Of a DNA stretch of 64,000 bases, positions 55,117 to 64,000 are shown piece after piece. The translations under genes and the position numbers were made by a program. Every line of letters starts with the position of its first letter. The stretch's first letter is position 1. This DNA comes from Spironucleus salmonicida. Lineage: Eukaryota. Where the stretch lies: NCBI RefSeq assembly GCF_000497125.1, contig NC_090604.1, forward strand, positions 516,651 through 580,650, read 5' to 3'. The notes below the pieces were generated by a model. It worked only from the letters and a program-made list of their open reading frames with translations, was not told the DNA's origin and ran no database searches.

Positions 55117-55190
55117 GATTCTATGGTGTAGTTGGTTAGCACGTTTGTTTGACGTACAAGCGGTCCCGAGTTCAAGTCTCGGTAGAATCA
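55117..55190 (+). tRNA. tRNA-Val (GAC)
   Basis: Acceptor GATTCTA/TAGAATC, D arm GTGT-AGTTGGTTA-GCAC, anticodon stem TTTGT/ACAAG with loop TTGACGT, T arm CCGAG-TTCAAGT-CTCGG, discriminator A, downstream T-run. Confidence 0.9.
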
Positions 55191-55399
55191 AATTTTTTTT
55201 GGTCAGCGCCAGAGGGTTGAATAGGGGAGGTGCCGCAGATATTTTTTGGAGTCTCCTATTTCCGCCAACTGAATATTATGCTCCAGAATGTCTATAATAA
55301 TTTTGGCGGAATTTTCCGCTCCCCTAAAACCGAAAACTACACGGAATTCCGCGCGAGGGCGCCGCTGCTGGCATTATTATACCAATGATAACAGTTAAT

Positions 55400-55442
55400 C
55401 TCCACCACTCCAAATTTCAGTAATAAATCCGCTCCCTCACAA
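55400..55442 (+). promoter_or_regulatory. C-rich proximal promoter of beta-tubulin
   Basis: TCCACCACTCCAAATT...TCCGCTCCCTCACAAATG; similar C-rich tracts precede Sec24 (TTCCCACCACTTCGCCTCTAAAATG) and the E2 (CATTCCACCTTTCCTCTAAAATG). Confidence 0.5.
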
Positions 55443-56780
55443 ATGAGAGAGTTGGTTCACATTTAAGCAGGCCAGTGCGGTAACCAGATTGGTGCCAAGT
55501 TCTGGGAGGTCATCTCCGACGAACACGGTATCGACCCCTCTGGCGAGTACCGCGGTGATTCCGAACTCCAGATCGAGCGTATCAACGTTTACTACAACGA
55601 GGCCACCGGTGGTAGATACGTCCCCCGTGCCGTCCTCGTCGATCTCGAGCCCGGAACCATGGACTCCGTCCGTGCCGGCCCCTTCGGTCAGCTTTTCCGC
55701 CCCGACAACTTCGTCTTCGGTCAATCCGGTGCCGGTAACAACTGGGCCAAGGGTCACTACACCGAAGGCGCTGAACTCGTCGACGCCGTTCTCGACACCG
55801 TCCGTAAGGAAGCCGAAGCCTGCGACTGCCTCCAGGGCTTCCAGCTCGTCCACTCCCTCGGTGGTGGTACCGGTTCCGGTATGGGAACCCTCCTCATGGC
55901 CAAGATCCGCGAGGAGTACCCCGACAGAATGATGTGCCCCTTCTCCATCGTTCCCTCCCCCAAGGTTTCCGACACGGTTGTCGAGCCCTACAACGCCACC
56001 CTCTCCGTCCACCAGTTGGTCGAGAACGCTGACGAAGTCTTCTGTATCGATAACGAGGCCCTCTACGACATCTGCTTCCGTACCCTCAAGCTCACCTGCC
56101 CCACCTATGGTGATCTCAACCATCTCGTCTCCCTCGTCATGTCCGGCATCACCTGCTGCCTCCGCTTCCCCGGTCAGCTCAACGCCGACCTCCGCAAGAT
56201 TGCTGTCAATCTCGTACCCTTCCCCCGTCTCCACTTCTTTGTCGCTGGCTTCGCTCCCCTCACCTCCCGCGGCTCCCAGATCTATCGTGCTCTCACCGTT
56301 CCCGAACTCTTCTCCCAGATGTTCGACAACAAGAACATGATGGCTGCCTCCGACCCCCGTCACGGCCGTTATCTCACTTGCCTCACCCTCATCCGTGGTC
56401 GTGTATCGACCAAGGAAGTCGATGAGCAGGACCACAACATCCAGAACAAGAACTCCTCCTATTTCGTCGAGTGGATCCCCCGTAACATCATGGTTGGTAT
56501 CTGCGATATCCCTCCCAGAGGTCTCAAGATGTCCGGTACCTTCATCGGTAACACCACCGCCATCCAGGAGCTCTTCAAGCGCGTTGGCGAGCAGTTCACT
56601 GCTATGTTCCGTAGAAAGGCTTTCCTCCACTGGTATACCGGTGAAGGCATGGACGAAATGGAATTCACCGAAGCCGAGTCCAACATGAACGATCTCATCT
56701 CCGAGTATCAGCAGTACCAGGACGCCTCCGTCGAGGAAGAAGGTGAAGGTGCCGAAGAAGAAGAAGGCATGGAAATGTGA
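55443..56780 (+). CDS. TUBB: Beta-tubulin, 445 aa (copy 1)
   Basis: MRELVHI(TAA=Q)[16 protein letters not shown] signature, acidic tail; the true start is 216 nt upstream of the ORF-track call. Confidence 0.98.
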
Positions 56781-58519
56781 TCTTTTCTGTTTCATTATAA
56801 ATGTGCACCGGTCAGTTAGCGGAAGTCGCTCGGCCGTGGGCTCACTGGATTACAAATTATGATCGTAGTAGGGGTGGTAGGTCTGTGAATGTGGACCCTG
56901 GGTTGAGCTCCTACCAGGACCCACATGACTAGGATCTCGCGCAGGTCAGATGGGAGGCTACGGCCGCGCGCTGTGCTCATGCGGTTATTTCAGCTCCGGT
57001 ATCCAGCTGTACCCCGCTGCCGAGCCAGGCATGTGTGCTCGCACCTCGGCTAGGTAGCGAGTCAGCATGCAGCGGGAAGTCGTAACACAGCTAGGTTCCT
57101 CCCTGGCAGTGACTCTAGATACCACTTGGCGTCTCGACCGCCTGGGCGAGTAAGGTCTCGTGAATCTCACAGAAGCCCGCCATCCAGTTTGGTTATGCAG
57201 CTGTGATATCTCCGGGAGTACATTTTGCCACTCAGTACTAACTCGTGTATGGCCCTTGGTGGCCTGAGGAAGTATTCGCTGATGCCATTTTCAATCACTG
57301 CAATACTTTAACATTGCTGCCCGTGTCTCGAGAATCCGGCGAAAGTATCGATTTCGACATGGAGCGATGCACCCCATGGGCCCAGCGTACTATACGCGCC
57401 GCAGATGCAATGTAACAGGGAATCGGAAGAAAATTATGCGCCACTAAGCGCACTGTCTGTGCTGCGCACGCATGATTCACAGTCCTTAGTTGGTATATGT
57501 GCTGGGGCTTGCACCCGCATCTGTCAATCGTGCAGTAGCACTCCGGTGGTACGCCCTCTCAGAGAGGCGCTATCTGCGCTAGAGACACCTGCTAGTAAAA
57601 TATCTTGACCAGGATGGAAGCAGGATGGAAGGTAGTGACATCTTTGTCGGACCAGTGTTCTGCAAACACTGCCGGTCTATGCATAGGTGGCTTGAAGGAG
57701 TATATTCTAGCTTTTGTGATCGGTAGTCCTCTAGGTGAAGAGTCCGAGGGCACATTTAGTATGAAATATTAAAGGGTCGCCAGGTACGGCATTCCTTGAG
57801 TGCTACCACACTGAGTAGCAGGATGCACGTCAAAGTCAGCGAGGTGATGCGGAAATATGTCCATCTGAGACGTGTATTGGTGCGAGCTCTGCACCCCCAT
57901 GGCGTATCTCGACCTTTAGGCTTCACGCTGTATGATTTGGAGGTTCTTCTTACGCGCATCATTATTCTAATAGCACCGCATAGGTTGTAGGGTTCAGGCC
58001 ACCACCAGGCAGATAAACGTTCTTCCTTCGTACTTTGCCTATTATTAGAACTCGGTTCTGGAGTTTGTACTGTTATCTACCACCGTGGACGGCATATCCT
58101 ACTAGGCCTGGCTGAGGTGACCCGGACATAAGTATACAGGGCATTAGGAGAGATGGTGCGGCTACCTCATAACAAAATTCCTCTCTACCGAGCCAGGTGA
58201 GGTCCTTACTGCAGATTTTATGCAGCCCACTAGCTTACTACTAGATCAGCGGATAGTTGACAGTAGGCAACCTTGCTGGCTAACGATGTCGCAATGTTGA
58301 ATCCTGACATATTATAGTTGGGGATTTAACGAACTCACCACATCGTGCGAAAGAGGTGAGCATCCAGCACCGTTACCCGCCCTGGCTGGCCACAGATGAT
58401 GGGAGCCAGCATGGCCCGTTTGCCCTATCTCACTTATCCAGCAGCCGGCGCTTGAAATCGTTAACTACACTTACTAACTCACCAGCTATCCTGAACACGT
58501 AAGAATGATGACGAGATGC

Positions 58520-59373
58520 CATCACAGCTTCCTTCTTCTTCTTCTTCTTCTTCTGGACGAAGTAACTAGCAAAACCTGCTGCAGAGACTAGCATTAGTAT
58601 CCTACTGAAACTACGATGCCTACCATGTGGTGGGTGTCTAGTCTGTTCTTTGAGCTACTGCACTGCCAGTCTGCTCAAACCATCACACCAGATGCCGCAG
58701 GTTTCTTTAACAGCGTGGTGAGCTGGAGAACCGGTTCACCTACCCTAGTTAACATAGGAACCTCCCTAGCACTACTCACGTGGGGACTTCCTGGATTATT
58801 CGTGGTGGTTCACTGTGTCCAGCCAGTATGCCCTGTTACCTATGTCTGAAGCCGAGTCCAAACGAATCTGTGCACTTTTAGGAGGAGTTATGGTACGTTG
58901 CAGAAGAAGCTTTGGGGCAGAATAGCTTTAGGTTGTCATACTGCCGAACGCCTATCCTTCGGCACGTTTATTTTTAAGGTGTACCATGCATCGTGATAGG
59001 AGCATGCATCTCCATCCACGCATTCCGAGCAGCGCCCTGGTATTTGCTGAAGATCCCGCTGAAGCGGTAGTACCACTTATGTGGCGAAGTATCGCGTTGT
59101 ATAGGCGCCTAATCGCTACAGAATTAGGATATGCAGACACTTTCCGTCGCAGAATGCAAATTGAGGCAGGCATGCAGCGGATACAGGTCAGGCTCAACAA
59201 CTTCTCAGCTTTTAGGAATCGTCGCGTAGTTGCTTCAGCGCTCGTCCTGCGCACAGAATGTTCCAGCCTGTCATGATTCGTAAGGGGAGCACTATTGCTT
59301 AATGCAGTAATACACCTCAAGGCGTTTCCTAGGATGCAGATTCAGCAGACAACAGGATCCAGTGCTCAGCCAT
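58520..59373 (-). pseudogene. Decayed CRMP-like relic in the tubulin spacer
   Basis: Fragments YYCIKQQCSP, AGTFCAQ, TCIRC, RCSECVDGDACS, then QCSSSKNRLD..MVGIVVSVG / ILMLVSAAGFASYFVQKKKKKKK; the (CTT)n tract at ~58532-58553 encodes the Lys tail. Confidence 0.55.
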
Positions 59374-60668
59374 GCCACTCGCCCGCATTCGTGAGTTCAT
59401 ATTTTCTGGCACCTATCCTTGTCTAGAGATAATGCAAAGGGCAACTTGCGTCGGTTTCCTAATCCTCGCACTCAGCGTGGTTTATATAATATATCGTACA
59501 CGCATCCCTTCTAGAAGCACTGGTCATCGAACAGCGTTAGCGTGGTACATCCCGCACTTGATTCTATAGTCTCAGCAACAAAGCAGTTATCGGGGTTGGT
59601 AATGCACCAATTTCAGGTGTCCGCATTGTTACACTACTTCCAGCTACTATATAGCGCCCGTACTCGCACATGCAGGGTGTAGTTTCCATCTGGTAGTGGA
59701 GATATTGGGGAAATTCCATGTCTTCTGAAAGCAAATATTCAGGCAGATGGGATAGGGATGATAATGCTAGGCAGCTTTCTGGACAGACCTGGTGTGTGTT
59801 TCAGACAGCTCGAAGCCCATCAACATGCTTAGTTGGCACGTCATAGTGTTATGGCCTGACACTCGAGGTGCAGGACGAAGCCGCAGCATTAAGTGCGCAC
59901 CACCGGAGTGCTACTGCACGATTGACAGATGCGGGTGCAAGCCCCAGCACATATACCAACTAAGGACTGTGAATCATGCGTGCGCAGCACAGACAGTGCG
60001 CTTAGTGGCGCATAATTTTCTTCCGATTCCCTGTTACATTGCATCTGCGGCGCGTATAGTACGCTGGGCCCATGGGGTGCATCGCTCCATGTCGAAATCG
60101 ATACTTTCGCCGGATTCTCGAGACACGGGCAGCAATGTTAAAGTATTGCAGTGATTGAAAATGGCATCAGCGAATACTTCCTCAGGCCACCAAGGGCCAT
60201 ACACGAGTTAGTACTGAGTGGCAAAATGTACTCCCGGAGATATCACAGCTGCATAACCAAACTGGATGGCGGGCTTCTGTGAGATTCACGAGACCTTACT
60301 CGCCCAGGCGGTCGAGACGCCAAGTGGTATCTAGAGTCACTGCCAGGGAGGAACCTAGCTGTGTTACGACTTCCCGCTGCATGCTGACTCGCTACCTAGC
60401 CGAGGTGCGAGCACACATGCCTGGCTCGGCAGCGGGGTACAGCTGGATACCGGAGCTGAAATAACCGCATGAGCACAGCGCGCGGCCGTAGCCTCCCATC
60501 TGACCTGCGCGAGATCCTAGTCATGTGGGTCCTGGTAGGAGCTCAACCCAGGGTCCACATTCACAGACCTACCACCCCTACTACGATCATAATTTGTAAT
60601 CCAGTGAGCCCACGGCCGAGCGACTTCCGCTAACTGACCGGTGCACATTTATAATGAAACAGAAAAGA

Positions 60669-62006
60669 TCACATTTCCATGCCTTCTTCTTCTTCGGCAC
60701 CTTCACCTTCTTCCTCGACGGAGGCGTCCTGGTACTGCTGATACTCGGAGATGAGATCGTTCATGTTGGACTCGGCTTCGGTGAATTCCATTTCGTCCAT
60801 GCCTTCACCGGTATACCAGTGGAGGAAAGCCTTTCTACGGAACATAGCAGTGAACTGCTCGCCAACGCGCTTGAAGAGCTCCTGGATGGCGGTGGTGTTA
60901 CCGATGAAGGTACCGGACATCTTGAGACCTCTGGGAGGGATATCGCAGATACCAACCATGATGTTACGGGGGATCCACTCGACGAAATAGGAGGAGTTCT
61001 TGTTCTGGATGTTGTGGTCCTGCTCATCGACTTCCTTGGTCGATACACGACCACGGATGAGGGTGAGGCAAGTGAGATAACGGCCGTGACGGGGGTCGGA
61101 GGCAGCCATCATGTTCTTGTTGTCGAACATCTGGGAGAAGAGTTCGGGAACGGTGAGAGCACGATAGATCTGGGAGCCGCGGGAGGTGAGGGGAGCGAAG
61201 CCAGCGACAAAGAAGTGGAGACGGGGGAAGGGTACGAGATTGACAGCAATCTTGCGGAGGTCGGCGTTGAGCTGACCGGGGAAGCGGAGGCAGCAGGTGA
61301 TGCCGGACATGACGAGGGAGACGAGATGGTTGAGATCACCATAGGTGGGGCAGGTGAGCTTGAGGGTACGGAAGCAGATGTCGTAGAGGGCCTCGTTATC
61401 GATACAGAAGACTTCGTCAGCGTTCTCGACCAACTGGTGGACGGAGAGGGTGGCGTTGTAGGGCTCGACAACCGTGTCGGAAACCTTGGGGGAGGGAACG
61501 ATGGAGAAGGGGCACATCATTCTGTCGGGGTACTCCTCGCGGATCTTGGCCATGAGGAGGGTTCCCATACCGGAACCGGTACCACCACCGAGGGAGTGGA
61601 CGAGCTGGAAGCCCTGGAGGCAGTCGCAGGCTTCGGCTTCCTTACGGACGGTGTCGAGAACGGCGTCGACGAGTTCAGCGCCTTCGGTGTAGTGACCCTT
61701 GGCCCAGTTGTTACCGGCACCGGATTGACCGAAGACGAAGTTGTCGGGGCGGAAAAGCTGACCGAAGGGGCCGGCACGGACGGAGTCCATGGTTCCGGGC
61801 TCGAGATCGACGAGGACGGCACGGGGGACGTATCTACCACCGGTGGCCTCGTTGTAGTAAACGTTGATACGCTCGATCTGGAGTTCGGAATCACCGCGGT
61901 ACTCGCCAGAGGGGTCGATACCGTGTTCGTCGGAGATGACCTCCCAGAACTTGGCACCAATCTGGTTACCGCACTGGCCTACTTGCATATGGACTAACTC
62001 TCTCAT
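60669..62006 (-). CDS. TUBB: Beta-tubulin, 445 aa (copy 2)
   Basis: Full [20 protein letters not shown]...[11 protein letters not shown]. Confidence 0.98.
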   Translation of the reverse strand: MRELVHMQVGQCGNQIGAKFWEVISDEHGIDPSGEYRGDSELQIERINVYYNEATGGRYVPRAVLVDLEPGTMDSVRAGPFGQLFRPDNFVFGQSGAGNNWAKGHYTEGAELVDAVLDTVRKEAEACDCLQGFQLVHSLGGGTGSGMGTLLMAKIREEYPDRMMCPFSIVPSPKVSDTVVEPYNATLSVHQLVENADEVFCIDNEALYDICFRTLKLTCPTYGDLNHLVSLVMSGITCCLRFPGQLNADLRKIAVNLVPFPRLHFFVAGFAPLTSRGSQIYRALTVPELFSQMFDNKNMMAASDPRHGRYLTCLTLIRGRVSTKEVDEQDHNIQNKNSSYFVEWIPRNIMVGICDIPPRGLKMSGTFIGNTTAIQELFKRVGEQFTAMFRRKAFLHWYTGEGMDEMEFTEAESNMNDLISEYQQYQDASVEEEGEGAEEEEGMEM

Positions 62007-62550
62007 TTGTGAGGGAGCGGAATTTGCGCCAAAATTCAGAGTGTGAATATTTAGCTGATATCAGTACATAATAATCATATAATAGTCATTTTTTTAAGTG
62101 GAAAGGAAAAGATAGATTTTGCGCAAAAACTATACTATAACTCATAATTTTTATACATAATAAGCAATATATAATAATTTAATCGTTTTTATGTACTTAT
62201 CCAAATTACCAAAAATTAGAAAATTCACTAGAATTTCAGAAGATTAGGATAATTTTTTGGATTCCAATTTACAGTATCTATAACAGAATACTATCAGCCT
62301 TGTAGGTTAAACCCCCCTCAACAATACACTTTTAAAATTGTACTAATTGTAGCATATTATATATTAATAATACATATTTACACTATTTTACTTTTTATTT
62401 ATAAATTTGTATACTTATATCTTAATACCACGACAACCTAATTGAATTCAGTAAACCAAATGTTAATTTCGACAGAACCATTTATAGAATCACCTTTCAA
62501 TAAGTATTGTTTTTATTATTATATAATAATAATTTTATTCAAAATTTAAA

Positions 62551-62769
62551 ATGGCCGAGCAGCCCCGATACAAGTCGCCCGTATTCGCAGTGTTTCCCTT
62601 CGAGCAACCAGGTGTCTTTTCCTATGCAGTTCCAGATCTCTAAGGCGCGGATCCAGTTCTCATGAAAACTATCCGGACACTTGAGGACGCGCAGAAAGAG
62701 GGAATTTCAATTAAAAGGCGCGTGAAGAAGCGTAGCAAGAGCGTGAAGAAAGAGAACCGGAAGAAGTGA
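62551..62769 (+). CDS. Small hypothetical protein, 72 aa, basic C-terminus
   Basis: AAAATG start; MAEQPRYKSPVFAVFPFEQPGVFSYAVPDL(TAA)GADP...KRRVKKRSKSVKKENRKK-TGA; GC-rich island in AT-rich DNA; AGTGA stop context. Confidence 0.7.
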
Positions 62770-63370
62770 GGAGGTTTGGATTATTTGGCTGGGTAATTTT
62801 GGGAAAGATGAGAAGAGTTAGCAATCATTCTAGGAAATTTAAGCAGTGGGAATGAATTTGATGCAGATTGCTGCTAGATCAAGTTGTATAAAATCTATTT
62901 TGATTAGATTATAAAAGTATGATTAGACTTTCTTTCATCTGCGTGTAATGGGTGTAAATGGCTATAATACGAAATTGAACTAATTTGAGTATATGTGAAT
63001 GGTTGTGTTTGGGAAATAAAGGAAATTACGGTACTAGACTAATGAATGCTTGAAATATTACAGGTTACTAGATACTGTTAAAATATTAGATAATTAGAAG
63101 TTTTGGACTCATAAGATTATTTTATTTAGATTCAGATATTTTATTTAACAATTATATATATTATCCAAAATATTTATTAAAAGTATAAAAAAATATTAAA
63201 ACTATTCGGATGAATGTTATAAATAATGTTCTAACTGGCATAATTTAACTATAATAAATTTATTTTTAAGTAGTATAAATATTATTTATATATAATTTGA
63301 AGTATAATAACGAGAAGCTTTAATTTACCTCAATAACTTTAAAAATATAAGTGTAATAATTTATTTTTAA

Positions 63371-63811
63371 TCAATCAATGAATATATTGCCTATTAGGGA
63401 AAACTCTGAATCTAAACGATCATATACAGGAAATAGTTCGCTTAAATCTGTCCTTTGTTACGTTTAAGGTTTTAACCGTTAATCCAACTGTGAGTATTTA
63501 TTTTTAAGCTGACTTAATGTAAAATTTGGCAGTATCTTTTGTACTTTAATCCATTGCGTACCATATAATTATACTGCATTTATGAGCTAGTTTTTCTCGT
63601 CATCTGTCCATTTATGGTTATGTGCTAATTCTGGTTCATTACATTTATTCCTTCGCACATAGCCATAATATTTATTTTAAATATATTATCTAGAGTAAGT
63701 AGGAAATTATGCCACTACCTTGTCCCAGTTTATACCACCAGGAGAGTTACGTAGTTTTTAAACTACATGTATCAGCTTATTTAGTTAATTTTGTTTAAGG
63801 GTCACTTCCAT
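63371..63811 (-). CDS. Myb-like DNA-binding protein with two repeats, 146 aa
   Basis: INWDKVVAQFPTYSRQYIQNKYY and KWTDDEKNQLINAVQLYGTQWIKVQKILPNFTLSQLKNKYSQL; open only under table 6. Confidence 0.85.
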
Positions 63812-64000
63812 TCTTATTATAAAAAGCCTTAGTAATAAATTATATTATCAGAATTGTTACTAATAAGGTTTTTAAATCAAAGTTTAGGACGATTAAAATC
63901 TCAGAAACTGAAGAAACAGCAGCAATTATTTGATTTAACATGATAATAAAAATATTATATATTGAAACTTAAATAAACTTTACAGTAACATTCTAAGGAA

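Larger units (their letters stand above)
55428..62021. repeat. Inverted repeat: arms 55428-57550 and 59899-62021 (~2.12 kb), spacer ~2.35 kb
   Basis: Mirror positions sum to 117449 (55443/62006, 56780/60669, 57550/59899); mirrored ORFs in the track are identical. Confidence 0.95.

Noticed and set aside
55464-55466. Apparent premature stop making tubulin copy 1 a pseudogene or a 373-aa protein
   Set aside because: TAA is Gln in this code and aligns with CAA in copy 2
55437-56795. 452-aa ORF antisense to tubulin (and its mirror 60654..61997), plus Ser/Pro/Thr-rich alternate-frame ORFs
   Set aside because: Shadow ORFs caused by the strong C-ending codon bias of beta-tubulin

Overview
Eukaryotic DNA from a hexamitid diplomonad, most likely Spironucleus salmonicida or a close relative. 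TAA/TAG encode Gln and TGA is the only stop (translation table 6), so the supplied ORF track fragments nearly every real gene; I re-read the genes by hand with the alternative code. Bases 1-48,470 are a cluster of cysteine-rich membrane protein genes (CRMP/VSP-like: CxxC repeats, C-terminal TM helix, KKxKK-type tail). Most of it is a direct tandem array of about 3.65 copies of a ~12.55-12.58 kb unit. Each unit holds two intact CRMP genes and at least three decayed surface-protein pseudogenes, and the copies are mosaic for patches that look like gene conversion. One ~170 bp element in the unit shows a compensatory base-pair change between copies and is a candidate structured RNA or MITE. After a pyrimidine-rich microsatellite, a single-copy housekeeping region holds Sec24, tRNA-Phe(GAA), a Ubc4/5-type E2, three small hypothetical ORFs and tRNA-Val(GAC). 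It continues with two convergent beta-tubulin genes forming a 2.1 kb inverted repeat around a spacer with a CRMP relic, a small basic ORF and a two-repeat Myb protein. All translations and alignments were done by eye and no database searches were run.
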